From contig PLLJ01000038.1 in the NCBI GenBank assembly GCA_003140935.1, positions 6,858 to 70,857 of the forward strand: DNA of 64,000 nt. Direction: 5' to 3'. Source of the stretch: Candidatus Omnitrophota bacterium (GTDB taxonomy: Bacteria; Omnitrophota; Omnitrophia; Omnitrophales; Aquincolibacteriaceae). Positions 37,706 through 50,600 of the stretch are shown here, piece after piece. The notes under the pieces are model-generated. The model was given only the letters and a program-made list of their open reading frames with translations. It was not told the origin of the DNA and searched no databases. Both the position numbers and the translations under genes were made by a program. How positions within the stretch are numbered: the stretch's first letter is position 1; the number at the start of each line of letters is the position of its first letter.

Positions 37706-37720
37706 TGACGTGTCACGTCA
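37706..37720. promoter_or_regulatory. Perfect 15-bp palindrome TGACGTGTCACGTCA in the promoter region of TPR lipoprotein A
   Basis: Inverted repeat TGACGTG/CACGTCA seen directly in the sequence, ~20 nt upstream of the 37687 start codon; candidate dimeric regulator operator. Confidence 0.25.
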
Positions 37721-37808
37721 TAAGTAACTCTTTGGTTTGTTTCTAGAAAAGCAGAAAGTTTTGTTACTGAATCGCTATTGATAAGCAATTCCGTCACAAA
37801 TGCATTTA

Positions 37809-37892
37809 CCGTTGGCTGATTAAGAGAAGGATCCATCCCGGCGCATATAGCTGGAATGATCCCTCTCTTACTATGATCTTTTTAATATTCAT
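37809..37892 (-). pseudogene. Gene-start remnant (duplicated 5' end of the 36034-36867 membrane-protein gene)
   Basis: The segment 37870-37915 is near-identical to 36845-36890 (ttaaNattcatccccaNaacctNttttttctgttctcatg), including the ATG and RBS, but the frame terminates after 27 codons (MNIKKIIVRGSFQLYAPGWILLLISQR*). Confidence 0.35.
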
Positions 37893-37940
37893 CCCCATAA
37901 CCTTTTTTTCTGTTCTCATGAAAACCGGACGCCATCCGGT

Positions 37941-38678
37941 TTACCACGGGAAATAGTCGGACTGGATGAGAGCTTTCGTTGCTCGACCGACACATCCAGC
38001 CTTCCCCATGCAGCCTTTCTTGCCTTCTTTTTCGTCCTGTTCAAACGCTTGGCGAATAAGAAAATACTGATTTTTATTATCGGGACGATGCAAATTTTGA
38101 CCGGATTTTTTTTCCCAATATGCAAGCGCCTTGTCCATAAAAGTGATGCCGCCCTTATAATTTCCTATTTGGTCATAGCATCGAATAAACGCTGAAGCAA
38201 CGGTTGGGGTTAATCCTGGATTATATTTTGAGGGTGGCAAGATATCTTTGTATTTGCTTTCCATGTACTTGATAAATTCAAGTATTGCCTCGGGAGATTT
38301 CGCGTCTCGTATTTTTATGACTGCTTCCAACTCTGTTTTTTCGTTCTGCCAATTCCATTGCGTAGGGTTCATTTTGACCATAGGGTTCAAGACGTCTAAA
38401 GCTTTTTCATATTCACCTTCCAAGTAATATGTTTCAACAATTAACCCTTTCACTAAAGAATCTTGAAAGGCTTTCATCTTAAGGGCGGGATTATCCGCCT
38501 CTTTGAATTTTGAAAGCGCTTCGTCGTAAAAACCTTGTTTGAGAAATGACTGCCCTTCTCTCTCAAGTTTGTCCTGACGAAAAGCCTTCCATAAGTCATC
38601 ATCCGGAATAGCCTCTGACCAAACGATAGGAACAACATTAAGAAATAAAAAAATAAGCAATACAACTAGTCGCTTCAC
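37941..38678 (-). CDS. TPR-like repeat lipoprotein (paralog B), translationally coupled to the giant gene
   Basis: GTG at 38678 (AGGGAA RBS) gives (M)KRLVVLLIFLFLNVVPIVWS, parallel to paralog A, and overlaps the giant gene stop as GTGA. An alternative TTG at 38699 is possible. TPR-like helical repeats and the shared C-terminal Cys-containing motif are present. Confidence 0.6.
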   Translation of the reverse strand: MKRLVVLLIFLFLNVVPIVWSEAIPDDDLWKAFRQDKLEREGQSFLKQGFYDEALSKFKEADNPALKMKAFQDSLVKGLIVETYYLEGEYEKALDVLNPMVKMNPTQWNWQNEKTELEAVIKIRDAKSPEAILEFIKYMESKYKDILPPSKYNPGLTPTVASAFIRCYDQIGNYKGGITFMDKALAYWEKKSGQNLHRPDNKNQYFLIRQAFEQDEKEGKKGCMGKAGCVGRATKALIQSDYFPW

Positions 38679-41600
38679 GTTTGTTCCCTTGTTTGCCAAC
38701 CCGGCAATCTAATTACCCAGCGATTATTTTCATAGCTAAAACAACCGTCATACTCGAGAGGTGGCCATGTAAGAAAATATGACAGTTCTTCAGTAGAATC
38801 AGCTTTCAACATCAACCGTGTTACAAAATCGCTGACGGTGGTATTCCATCCGGGATCTGAGAGATCATTGCGCTTCATGTAGTAAAGATGTTCGGCCCCC
38901 ACAATTTCAATATTAAAAAGCTGTCGTGTAATTTCTCCATTGGGACCGATGACGCCATCCACAGAAAATCCGAACAAACTATCCCGATATCCAGCAATGC
39001 CTGTCTGGTAAAGAATATCTTTTGTCCCGTAGATATTTACGAATGTCTCGGCTCCACGATTGGCCAGTGTCGGGAAATTCCATGCTGGAACTTTCGGCAA
39101 CACACTGATGATCTCACGCAGCTTGTCTATTGCCAAGCTTGAACCTCTGGATACCAAATCCACAAATTCGTCAGCTAAATGTCCGACATTCAGCACATCG
39201 AGATGCAGCTTCCCTAAAAGGGATTTTAGCATCGCATTCAAAGCGCCCGTAAGCCATCCGAGCACTTTCCCAATACTGCTTTGTGCAAAATCAATGAGAG
39301 AAAGCACCACATTTAATAACTCTGACGATGCTAAACTTAACGTTGCCGCACCAAGACCAACAAGACTTTTGACATTATAAAACTCTGTGGCCAGGCCTTC
39401 AACCAGCGGAAGCAATCCCCCTGAAAATCCCATACCGACGATGGGTCGCACCATGGCTTGTACATTGCTAGCAAGTTGTCGCATTACATCTATAACTAAT
39501 AGCGAATGGAAGCTACCGCTCTGTGATTCAAGAACCCACTTAAGAATATCGATGCCACCGTCGACCACATCATCACCGATAGTTGAGTGATACAGTTCGA
39601 TAGGCAAGGTATCTTCTCGCGGGACAATCGTCTGATTACTTTTTTGGAAAAGATCATATTCCAAATTTGTTATATAAGCCGGCACACCTCCCGAATCGTT
39701 ATCAATCCCGTTAGCCAAAGCATAAAGATCTCCGGAGTCATTCTGCGACGCTCCGTTTCCCGTGTTGACCTGAGTATTAACCTGTTGTAGAAGTCCGTTT
39801 TTGAACACAAAATCCATGGCCATCGGCAAAAACTTGAAAACCATGTTCCAAAAGCTTGGCGAAGAATCAAATTGCTGAGCATCGGGGTGACTACCGTCGA
39901 TAATGATCGTCCCGTCATTGTTCTCTGGTTCAAATTCACCCATGAGTGCTCCATTTTGATAAAGTTTCCCTCTTTTGAGTTGGCCATTACTCACCTCTCC
40001 GGCGAATGCCCAATCGGCTACGACATTACTGATGAAAGTTCCGGACAGAAGGGCCCATTTGCCGGCAGCATCGAAACCAAAAGTGCCGAGTTGCGTAACA
40101 CCATTTTCTTTTTTACCGATAAAATTGCCCGCAAGGTCATAAAAAAGAGATGCTGTGCCGTCGAGTTTCTGTTCCAGGACGCTTTGTCCGTTAAGCGTGG
40201 CGGGGATCTTTGCCGCAGAACCGATGAATCCTCCGATACCCCCGAAACTTAACAATTTCTCTATTGTCTGGCGACTAAAAATGGATGTCACCATCGATTC
40301 CAACGCCCCGGCAAGGCTTTTTTCCTGGATCAAAGAAGCAAAATCGCGTACCCCCTGAAGCGCTGTCTGGATAATGCTGTTCACGGCGTTAAATGGGGTG
40401 AAGACCGCCATTTTGAGAATATCCAGAATGCTGCTGAAGAGACTTCCGCTACCCACAGCGCTCCCTATAGAACTTAAAATATTTCCACTCAGGAGCGAAC
40501 CGAAAATTGGATTACTTGTCGCGCCTCCAAAATCGAATCCTATCGACTTCGCACCGGCGGCAAAACCGTTTTTGATCGCAGCGGAAAGACTGGTGAAATT
40601 GATCGTGTTCGCATGAAATAAACTGTCAAAACCAACACCGACACCGGCTCCAAGTGGCAGAGATATGAGTGAGGTCAGACGCGGGTCGATGCCGAGGGCG
40701 TTTCCCAAGGCCCAGACACCGGAGAGGGTTAATTCTTTCATCAGGTCCGGGGCGACGGTCTTGAAAGCCTCCGGGAGACTTGCCCCGCCTTCCACGGAGC
40801 CGGTGATAATACTCGCAAGAATGCCCAGGTTCGTTGCTATTGGGGGAGGAAGACCGATATGCAGGGCAAGCTCATTAACGCCCGACATGGCAAGATTGGC
40901 CACGGCGGAGTTTAAAAACGTGGTTCCCAATCCAATCTGACCACCGGCAAAGCCAAATACCCCGCCCGTGATGAAACTGCCGATCAGGTTTTTAATCACC
41001 GGGCTTTTGATTCCGATCTTATCCAGAACGATGCCGGTCCCTTTACTCAAGGCGATGCTTAAGACTTGGAAACCGATTACTTGAAGCGGGGCCAACCCGA
41101 GAAATCCACCCGCTGCAGCAAAAAACAAGAAATTCCCAAAATGACCAACCGCTCGCTGAAGCGACTGAAACCCACCATTCAGATCCCCGCTCAAAATGGC
41201 CCCGACAAAGCGAACAGCCTCAAAAAAGAACTGACCGAACGAGACGAGGCTTTTCCCGAGCTCCAACACAAAATCCGTGAGCGACCGGACCACATCGACC
41301 ACAAGATCGACGACATAACGCAATACTGTTTTCACCGCTTCAAAAACAGCCTTCACCACCTGGATCACCGTATCAAAGATCTTCTTCAGGATTCCGAAGA
41401 TGAAACCGAAGAATGCGCCTGTGATCTGCTGCGTCTCCCGGCCCGTCATGATCTTGGCGTTGTTCGAAACTTGCGTCGGCGTTAGCGCGATCCCCTCGCC
41501 CTCTACGGTCACCATCCATATTTTTTCAAATTCCGATCGCGCAAGCGTTTGCGCCTCGCCTGACGGCCCCACGTTTTTTTCGATATAGGTCACCACCTCG

Positions 41601-44600
41601 ATCATGACGGGAGCGCCTTGTTCATCTAGTACCGGATCGCCGTTTTCGTCTATTTGTGCCGCAAGTTCGATTTTCGTGACCACAACATAATGGTTGCCAT
41701 TCATATGAACCAAAACCCCTTTGCCCAGGGCAACTTCGCGCTTGAGTTCATCAAAAGTGACTTTGGCGGGGGTTAAGAGTACGTTCCGGTTCTCGGCAAC
41801 CCGGTTGAGGGCGAAAAGGGAAAGCTCAAGATCCCCGGTCGTGAGCGGATGGATCACGCCTATCATAATGTCAATCAGGATCGCTTCGCGGGCGATATCA
41901 AAAAGCGTCGCGTGAACGTTGCCTTCTTCGATCAACTGCTGGATCGCGAAAAAGGCGGAATGACCGAAATGAAGGTCTCGGGAATCGAGCCAGGCCAGGA
42001 TCGTTTCTATTTCAGGAGCCGTGACGGAGATGACCTCATCCAAAGCCAGACCCAAGGATCGTATCTTGGCAGAACGTTCCGCTTCGTCTGACGCGAGATA
42101 CTGTTCCAGAAAATCCCGGACCGCCGCTTTGATCGCGTTTACTTGCTCCAAACGGGCACTGTATTCTTCACTGCCGCTCAATTCGCCGGCAAGTTTCGGA
42201 ACATTGGCCCGTTCAGGATCGATCCCAAACGCTGATTTGAAATATTCCACAAGGATATCCCAGGAAAATAATCCGGAGATGGCTTTCGCCTCATCGGCCG
42301 TGATCAGAACGGAACCCGGCGCGAGCGGCTGATCGGTGAACACCGCTCCTTGAAGGCTGTTTTCCTTAAGCCAGCGGCTCAAGAACTCGCTTTCAGTCAC
42401 GGTTACTTTTTCTCCGCCAAAGCCGTCATCTTTGGGAACGAAGACATATCTTTCAATATAAATGATATTGCCACCGGCATCCGGAATCGGCACCCCGTTT
42501 GCGTCGAGCCACGGCACGAGCTCGATCTTCAGTTCCTGGGTCCGGTTGCCAAGACTCCGTTGGACAAAAGTCACATTCCCGCCGCTCACGTCTGTCACCA
42601 TCACAAAACCGACATCCTTAAGAAAGGCTAAAACGCCCTCTTGAGACAAACCCGACAACGCTTTCAGCTGATCAAAATTCATCCAAACTCCTGTAAAATT
42701 CAATCCGCGAGCCTCGACGACCTTCTCTAATGAAAAGAGACTCACTTGATCGTCTCCGATCTCGCGCTCAATCCATGCATTGATCTCGTCTTCGGACGGG
42801 TCTCTTCCGAGGATCTTTCGGTAGTGATGGAAAAGAACGGGGCTTAATTCTTGTTTCAGGATCTCGCGGTAGGTGACCAGCTGCTGTTTCTCCAACTCGA
42901 CAAATGCTGTCTTGGCATCTGTTTCTATCTCCATTTTCTTCTGGGCCACGACGGTATCCAGTCCGGCAAGCGCCCCGACCGTTTGTTCGCGGAGGTCCTT
43001 CTCCATCCGATCCAATTCCGAAAGAGGTGCGCTCACATCAACTTGAACGTTCTCGCAAGATTTAAAAAACAGGATTGTATGGCAGACCTTCTGAGAACTG
43101 AGCTGCCGAATTCTCTCACGCTCGGCGTTGATCGCAGCCAAGCCTTCGTTCAATTTGTTCTGGATCGCCTCGATCGCGTAACCGCGCTCAACGGCAAGCG
43201 TCATCAATGCTTCCGTTTCCTGACGCGAAACTTGCGTCTGAGCGGCGATGATCTGTTCCTCTAGTTCTTTCCTTGCATCAATGAGATGGACGGCGATCAG
43301 ATCCCCGGAGGCGTCATACTCGTGATCGATAAGCAAATTCCCGTCCAAGTCCGTAACGTAGTCGATTTGATCATCGACGTAGTGCGCCACGGTGTTATTG
43401 GCGCGGGCGGCCATCAAGAGTTTGCTGTCAGAGGCCCGATAAGCCGCCGCGATGATCGTTTCAGGGTCGAGCACCGCACCCTTCACGATGCCGAGAGTTG
43501 AATTATAGAGCGTCTGCGCTTGGCCTTCATCAAGCTGATCCGGCGACCGGAGAGAGAATTGGGCCGCGGCCTGGGTCTCAAGAGCCGCCTTTTTCAAAAG
43601 CGTCTCATTGATGATCGACGGCACTTCCGGCCTGTCTTTTTGATCCTTAAACGCGATTGCGATCCCGGTCCAATCTATGGCGGGCATATCCCCACTCGAA
43701 AAGACGAGCGGAGCATCCGTGATATCCATCGCAACATTCCCTTTGGGAGAAATCTCGATCGCGTAAAGATATTTTACGGAAAGGTCGGGAAGTGGAATGT
43801 AGACATAGGGAGACCCGACTGCGGATTGGTAAGTTTGCTGACTAAAAAGAGAGTTCGTGAAATTCGTGGCGTAGAAACTCACCGTGAAATTCGAACCCGT
43901 CATTTTAATCCGGAGATAATTTTGATTCGCACCGTGTAACGGGATTGAATTAACGCTTCGCCAATAATCACCGTTGAAATCAAAAAACTCATTAGCAGTC
44001 CCGACCTGCGTCCCTGGAGCTTGAAGAACCCCGTTCACCAGCGGTCTTTCCTTGGACCCGATCCCGGGAAGCGCTGCGTTCAATACCGCTCCGTTAAATA
44101 GAGGCGCGTAAATGATCGCGTTGACCAGGTTGTCTTGAGAATCAACAGTGATCTGACGCGCTCGGGAACCGTCTGCGCGTTCAACCGCGGTCAAAACTCC
44201 GTTCGCGTCATAGATCAATCGGTCGCAACCCGCACCCACCGGTTTCCGGATCTCGGACACTTTCCCGGAAGGGCCGTAGAAGAAAAGAGTGCCATCCAAC
44301 GTTTTTTTGCTGGTAACAACGCCGTTTTGAAGGGTGGTAACGATACCGTCCTTCGTGTAAATGCAGGATTGCGCGTTTCCTGCCGCATCTAAAACGATCT
44401 GCTCAATCTTTCCGCCACCCCCCGTCAAGGTCACCGAACTTAAACTTCCTGAGGAGTATTCCCAGATTTCTCCGCCCGGAGTCTGGAGCCGGAGCAAGCG
44501 GCCGTTTGCATCATAATCGATCTGCGTGGTGTCCGGAAGAACCGCACGGATCAATAGGCCGTTCTTATCATAAATTCTCTGACCGTTTTTGTCCTCAACG

Positions 44601-47600
44601 CCGATTGATTCGATCTCCCCGGAAGCGTTTCTCGTATAAATAAGATCCGTGATCTCGCTCTGGGCGTTGATCAATCTTTCCAAAAATCCATTCTCAAATT
44701 CCTGGATCTCTCCGCCTGGAGAGCTCATATAAAACACTTTCCCGTTCTCGATCAAAGCGACCCTTCCGTCTGGAACTGGCAGATGTACTTCGGCCCGCTG
44801 GATCACCATTTGAGTTATATGATTTTCGTCCACGAAAGATTGAACGATCAGGTTTTTGATCACGGTGCCGTCTGTGGTGATGATCTCGACGGGTTTTTCC
44901 CTGCTGTATTCGATCGTGCCGCGGGAATCTACGATCTTCACCAGTTCCTGAAGCAGGAGATCCTCGGCTTGCCCGTCCGAAAGAACGGAATATTTATAAT
45001 ATTCGCCTTTGGCCGTGATCAGTTCTTTCAAGAACCCGTCAGCGCCGTAACGCCTCGAAATGCCTGTCGCTTCTTCCGTGATCAGGGTATCGTCGCCGGA
45101 GTAAGCGTAAGCAAATGAACCGAAAATGCGGCCCGAACGAAAGGTGACCGCTTTTGCGATCCGACCGGAGCCGTCGTAATCATAGGCCGTCTGAAAACCA
45201 CTATTTATATTGTTGATCGAGATGAGTTTGCCTTTCAAGAAACGACGGATCTGATTTTCCACCGTATCTTCAATCACGGTGATCTCGTCCCCTATTTCGT
45301 TGAACTCGTAGGAGTAAAGATAAATAAGCACCCCGGCTTTTCTGATCTCGCGTATTTTTCCGTACTCGTATTTCACTTCGGTCGTTTCGGGATCGATCTG
45401 ATCGGGATCAAAAATCACCCGATTGACATCACTGGACCCGGCAGCATAAGAGTAATGAACGGCCTTCCCTTCCGGAGTGATGATGGTCTCAATGCGATCG
45501 TTTTGATAGATGGCCTGGGATGCGTTTTGAAAAGACACCGTTGCATTTCCGCCATTTGAGGTATATTCGATCTTAAGCGGAACGTCCCCGGACGGTGTAG
45601 TGACCGCGGGCGCAAATTCAAATCCGGCATCCTCCCAGCCTGACACCGATTTTTTCCATGCTCCGTTTACGTCTACCGAAGGATCAAAAGCAGGATCGCT
45701 GTGAACCGCGGAAAGGAGGTTCATATTCCGGTCATAAACAGCCGAGAGAACAGTGTCCGGCGATAGTCGCGCTTGCAGCACTCCGTTCTTGAGACTGGTT
45801 ATTTGAAATTGGCCATCACTCACTTTAGATGAGTTGAAATTTTCAGCAGCAGTAAAATTTTGAGAGCTGCTTTCCAAGGCCGACTTTTTAGACAGAGCTA
45901 CGCCGATTCTTGCTGGAAAACCGGGAGCCGTCTTTTGATTTACGAAAGATGTAGCTGTATTGACCCACGCCACTGGCTGATAATTTGCACTCGAGCAGGC
46001 AAGTGGAGTGTCCGTGATATCCACCGTGGCATTCGCTTTTGGAGAAATCTCGATTGCGTAAATATAGTTCGTGGAAAGATCGGGAAGCGGGATATAGACG
46101 TAAGGGGACCCCGCCACAGACTGATAAGTTTGCTGGTTGAACAGAGAGGAAATGCTTGAAGAGGAGTAGAATTTGACTGTCACGTTTGAACCGGTCATCT
46201 TGATACGGATATAATTTTGGTTCGAGCCATGCAGCGTGGTCGAATTAACTTCACGCCAATAAAGCCCGTTAAAGTCAAAAAACTTACCGGCAGTCCTGAC
46301 CTGCGGCCCCGGAGTTTGAAGACTCCCGTTTACCAGCGGTCTTTCATTAGATCCTATCCCGGCAAGCGCCGAACTCAACACCGCGCTGTCAAATGAAGGT
46401 GAGTAAATAATCGCGTTAACGAGAGCATCCTGAGAATTGGTGGTAATTTGACGAGCTCGAGAACCGTCCGCCCAAGTGATCTGAGTGATCTGGCCGGAGG
46501 GACTGTAGGTGATCCGATCGCCATTCGTTTTGACGATCTGAGTGACATGTCCTCCTGAGTAATAAAGAGTATTTCCGCTTACATCCCGGATCTGGCTTAT
46601 CGCGCCGCCCGCAATCGTCCAGAGTGAACCGTCCTTGGGATCGTACGTCCCGCTCGCAAGATTGCCGTTCGTATCAAGAACAATGCCGGTCAGCATTTCC
46701 CCTGTGGAAAACTTGATCGAAGATAAAGTTTGGCCTGAATAATTAAATTCTTCATTAGCGTTCGTTTTGACTTTGATCAAATTTCCCGAAACATCATAAG
46801 TAAAAATATCGCCGCTCGGATCGACCGCAGAACTCAAAACCCCCGCCGCCGTATAGGTCCTGGAGCCTAAACCGTCCTGAACGGTGACGGTGGTGACATT
46901 TCCCGATCCATCGAACGTATAACTGAAGTTCATCGCTTCAAAAGTCGGAAGAGTGATCTTCTGGAGAAGACCGGCCGCATATTCTTTCTTTGTTCCGTCT
47001 GTTTCAATAATTTGTTTCAGCTCGCCCGCTTCGATAAGACCTTCCGCGCCGCTGGGATAGACCAATACGGCACTGAGAAGCGAGCCGCCGAGATTGAGAA
47101 CAATATTCTTTATTTCGATCGAGTCCGGCCGGACGATCCGGACCGGTTTCCCATTTTGATAATTGATCGTCCCTTCGAGTTGGCTGACGACTTTTACCAA
47201 TATTTGAAGGAAAGTAACAGCCCCGCTCGGATCTGTAATCTGACTAAACGAGTACTCCTCCCCACGGGGCGTGGTCAGTTTCATGAGTTTCCCAGCCGAG
47301 TCGTAATAACGGATCGATCTCACATCGTTCGTGACGACGGTTCCACTAGTCTGATAGTCATAGACAAACCGCGCAGTCCGAACACCGTCTTGATCGATGA
47401 CGGCCTCAATGATCCTCCCCGAACCGTCATAAGTAAATCCTGTCTTGATCAGCACACCGTTGCGGGTTTCTTCCATACCGTTGACACGACCGTTTGCGAC
47501 GAAAACGTGGTTTCCTTTGTCGTTGATAAATTCCGTTAAATCCCCGATAAAAACGGGGTTGCCGTTTGCATCCGTCGACTCATGGTACTGATAGACTCTT

Positions 47601-50600
47601 CCGTCAGCGGTCAGGGATCGGGCTGGTCTGTCATTTTGGATTTCAAGGATCGTTCCGTCGACCGCCTTGATCTGCGTCAGTTGCTGATTCGCGATAACAA
47701 GCTCTCTTCCGTCCGGTAGTTTCACTAAAGCATTTTGCAGATTTCCTGTCGCGTCATAAGCCAGGTCCCGGTATAAGGTCCCGTCCGGTTTTTGAATCGT
47801 GACGACCTTGTCCTGATCGATTGTAAAGACCGTTCCGTCCGCATCTTTCAATTGAGTCAGCTTACCCTGCTCGCCGTAAACTCTTGTAATGCCGTCGCGG
47901 GTTACTGAAAAGCTATGGAATGCGCCGAACAAATCCTTCTCGGGATCATAAAGGGTTTCTTTGCCGGTAGAGTCCACCACGCGGGTCACCGCACCTGAAA
48001 GATCAAATTGATAAATGGTTCCGTCCGGCATCACTGTTTGAGAAAGCGCTAAATCAGATGTGTAATGAAGCGATGCGGGATAAGAAGAATCGGCAGGTAA
48101 GGGATTAATCGATTCGGAGATCCATTCGCTGCCTACTTGCCGGAGATGATAGGGGTATTCGCCTGCGTCCTTTTTGATCTTGGTCAGACGGCCGGAATCG
48201 AAGGAAAACTCGGTGCCGTCTCCTTTTTTCCAGAAGAGGGCTAAACCGTTACTATCCAGATCAACCTGATCATTTCCTTCTTCAATATGCGTGCTTAATA
48301 AATTGCCTGCACTGTTGACCTTATACTGATAATTGGTAATCTTGCCGTTTTTATCTATTTTTGAATGAATGCGTCCCAAGGAATCATAATAAATATGCGT
48401 GCTATCGGGCCGAAATTCCTCCGAGAGCAGGCCTCCCGAAAGCCGGTAAGCAGTTCCATTCTTGGATTTGATCCATCCCCCTTGGATCAATCCTGAAGCG
48501 TCGAAGCTTGGATTAACGAGCGTAGCGTCGGTTCCGTTCAGATTGAAAATGAGTTCGGTCTCTTTTGCCGGGAAAACGGGGTCGGTAATCGCGTTGAGCA
48601 CCACCAGATAATGCGCAGTTACTTTACCGGAAGCGTTGGGCTCCTCGATCGTAAGAAGATTCGCGCCTTCTTGCAAAGCGTAGATCTCTCTTTTTTCCGT
48701 TCCATCCACGGCATAAACCAATTCATAATTCGAGGTTGTAACGATTTGAGGAGAACGAAACTCAAGAACGGGAAAGGTCGTGTTCGTGGAAGGCGTATAG
48801 GTTACGCTATGGGTCAAGGTCGTTATGTTCCCCGCAAGATCGGTTTCTGTAACGGCAAGTGTATTCTCCCCTTCTGTTAGACCAGTAAAGGTCTTTAATT
48901 TCGACGTACCATCTGCGGTATAGCTGATAGTGAACGTATTCGTATTTGTCAAACTGGGTGTCGCGGGATCGATCACGATCGCGGGGGGAACTGTATCCAG
49001 CATCACCTTGGATAGGAGGACTGTCCTTGTATTCATCGCAGCATCCACTTCCGTGATGGTTAACGCGTCATTGTCACCCTCCGCGAGCGTAAAGATCTGT
49101 TGCTTCACAATCCCATCCGCCGTGTAATCCACCACGAGTGCGGCTTGATTCGTCAGGCTAGGAATCTGGCTCGTTACAACGATCACAGGCGGAACCGTAT
49201 CAAGCACCACCTTCGCCAGCGTGATCGTCCGGATATTTCCCGCAGCATCTGCTTCTGTGATTGTCAGGCCGGTATTATCACCTTCAGCAAGTGTGAAAGT
49301 CTTCTGCTTCGCTACGCCGTCCACCGAATAGTCCACGACCAGCACGGGTTGATTCGTCAAGCTTGGCACAGAACTTGTTATTACGACTGCAGGAGGAACT
49401 GTATCAAGTACTACCTTTGGCAGTGTGATCGTCTGCGAATTGCCTGCAGCATCCGATTCCGTAATCGTTAATCCTGTGTTATCGCCTTCCAAAAACGTAA
49501 AGATTTTCTGCTTTACAACATCATCTGCCGTGTAATTCACCACTAACGTCGGACTTTTTGTTAGGGTCGGGACTGTGCTCGTTACCACAATCACTGGCGC
49601 GATCGTATCCAGTACAACTTTCGCTAACGTGACCTTCTGGATATTTCCCGCAGCGTCCACCTCCGTAATTGCCAGTCCGATATTGTCGCCCTCTGCTAAT
49701 GTGAAAGCTTTCTGCTTTACGACACCATCTGCCGTGTAGTCCACAATCAGGGTCGGATTCTTCGTTAAGTTTGGTACCGTGCTCGTCACTATGATCGCGG
49801 GCGGGATCGTATCAAGCGTAATGGCGCTTGAATAGACGAGGCTGGCATTTCCCGCCTTATCGAAAAATTTTGCGTAAACGGTTTTATGGCCATCGTCAGT
49901 GGATAGTGTAAAAGCCTTTGAGGTCGCATAAGTTTCTGCCGCGGTCCATGTCATGTTATCCACTGAAAAACTCATGGCGCCGATCCCGCTTCCAGAATCG
50001 CTTTCCAAAAGGTTTAAAGTCACATTTTCTGAATTCGTATAAGCAGCGCCCGAATTGATATCGATTGTCCCGGTCGGTTTCACTGTATCCAAAAGCACGG
50101 TCACAGAAACAGGGCTAGACCACTTCCCGAATTTATCCATGAATTTGGCATAAACGGTTTTGTTCCCATCACCGGATGCAAAGGTCCAGGACTTTGAGGC
50201 GCTGTAAGTTTGCGCTGCTGTCCAGGTCACGTTATCAGATGAGAAACTCATTTGCGACAAGCCACTCCCCGCATCCGCGGCCGAAAGGTTCAAGGTCACA
50301 GCCGTCTGTTTGATGTACTGCGCGCCACTATTTATAGTCACGATCCCGGTGGGCGGAAGCGTGTCGAGAACAATTGATTTCGAATAAACAGAACTGGCCT
50401 TGCCGGCCTTGTCATAATATTTCACGTACACCGTCTTACGACCATCGCCGGCAGAGAACGTAAAGGTTTGGGTGGTTGCGTAGGTCTCGGCCGTCGTCCA
50501 ATTCGCGTTGTCCTCGGAAAAACTCATTTTATCGATGCCGCTTCCCGCGTCAGTGGCGGAAAGATTTAAAGTCACGGTTGGAGACGATGTGTAAGTTGCG

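Larger units (their letters stand above)
36860..38700 (-). repeat. Tandem ~1-kb segmental duplication (36860-37885 and 37885-38700) producing the two TPR lipoprotein paralogs plus a duplicated downstream-gene start
   Basis: The gene bodies are ~50-60% identical at protein level; the 3' ends and the ~110-nt downstream flank (catccccaNaacct...ggactggatgagNgctttcgtNgctcg) are nearly identical at DNA level. Confidence 0.6.
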
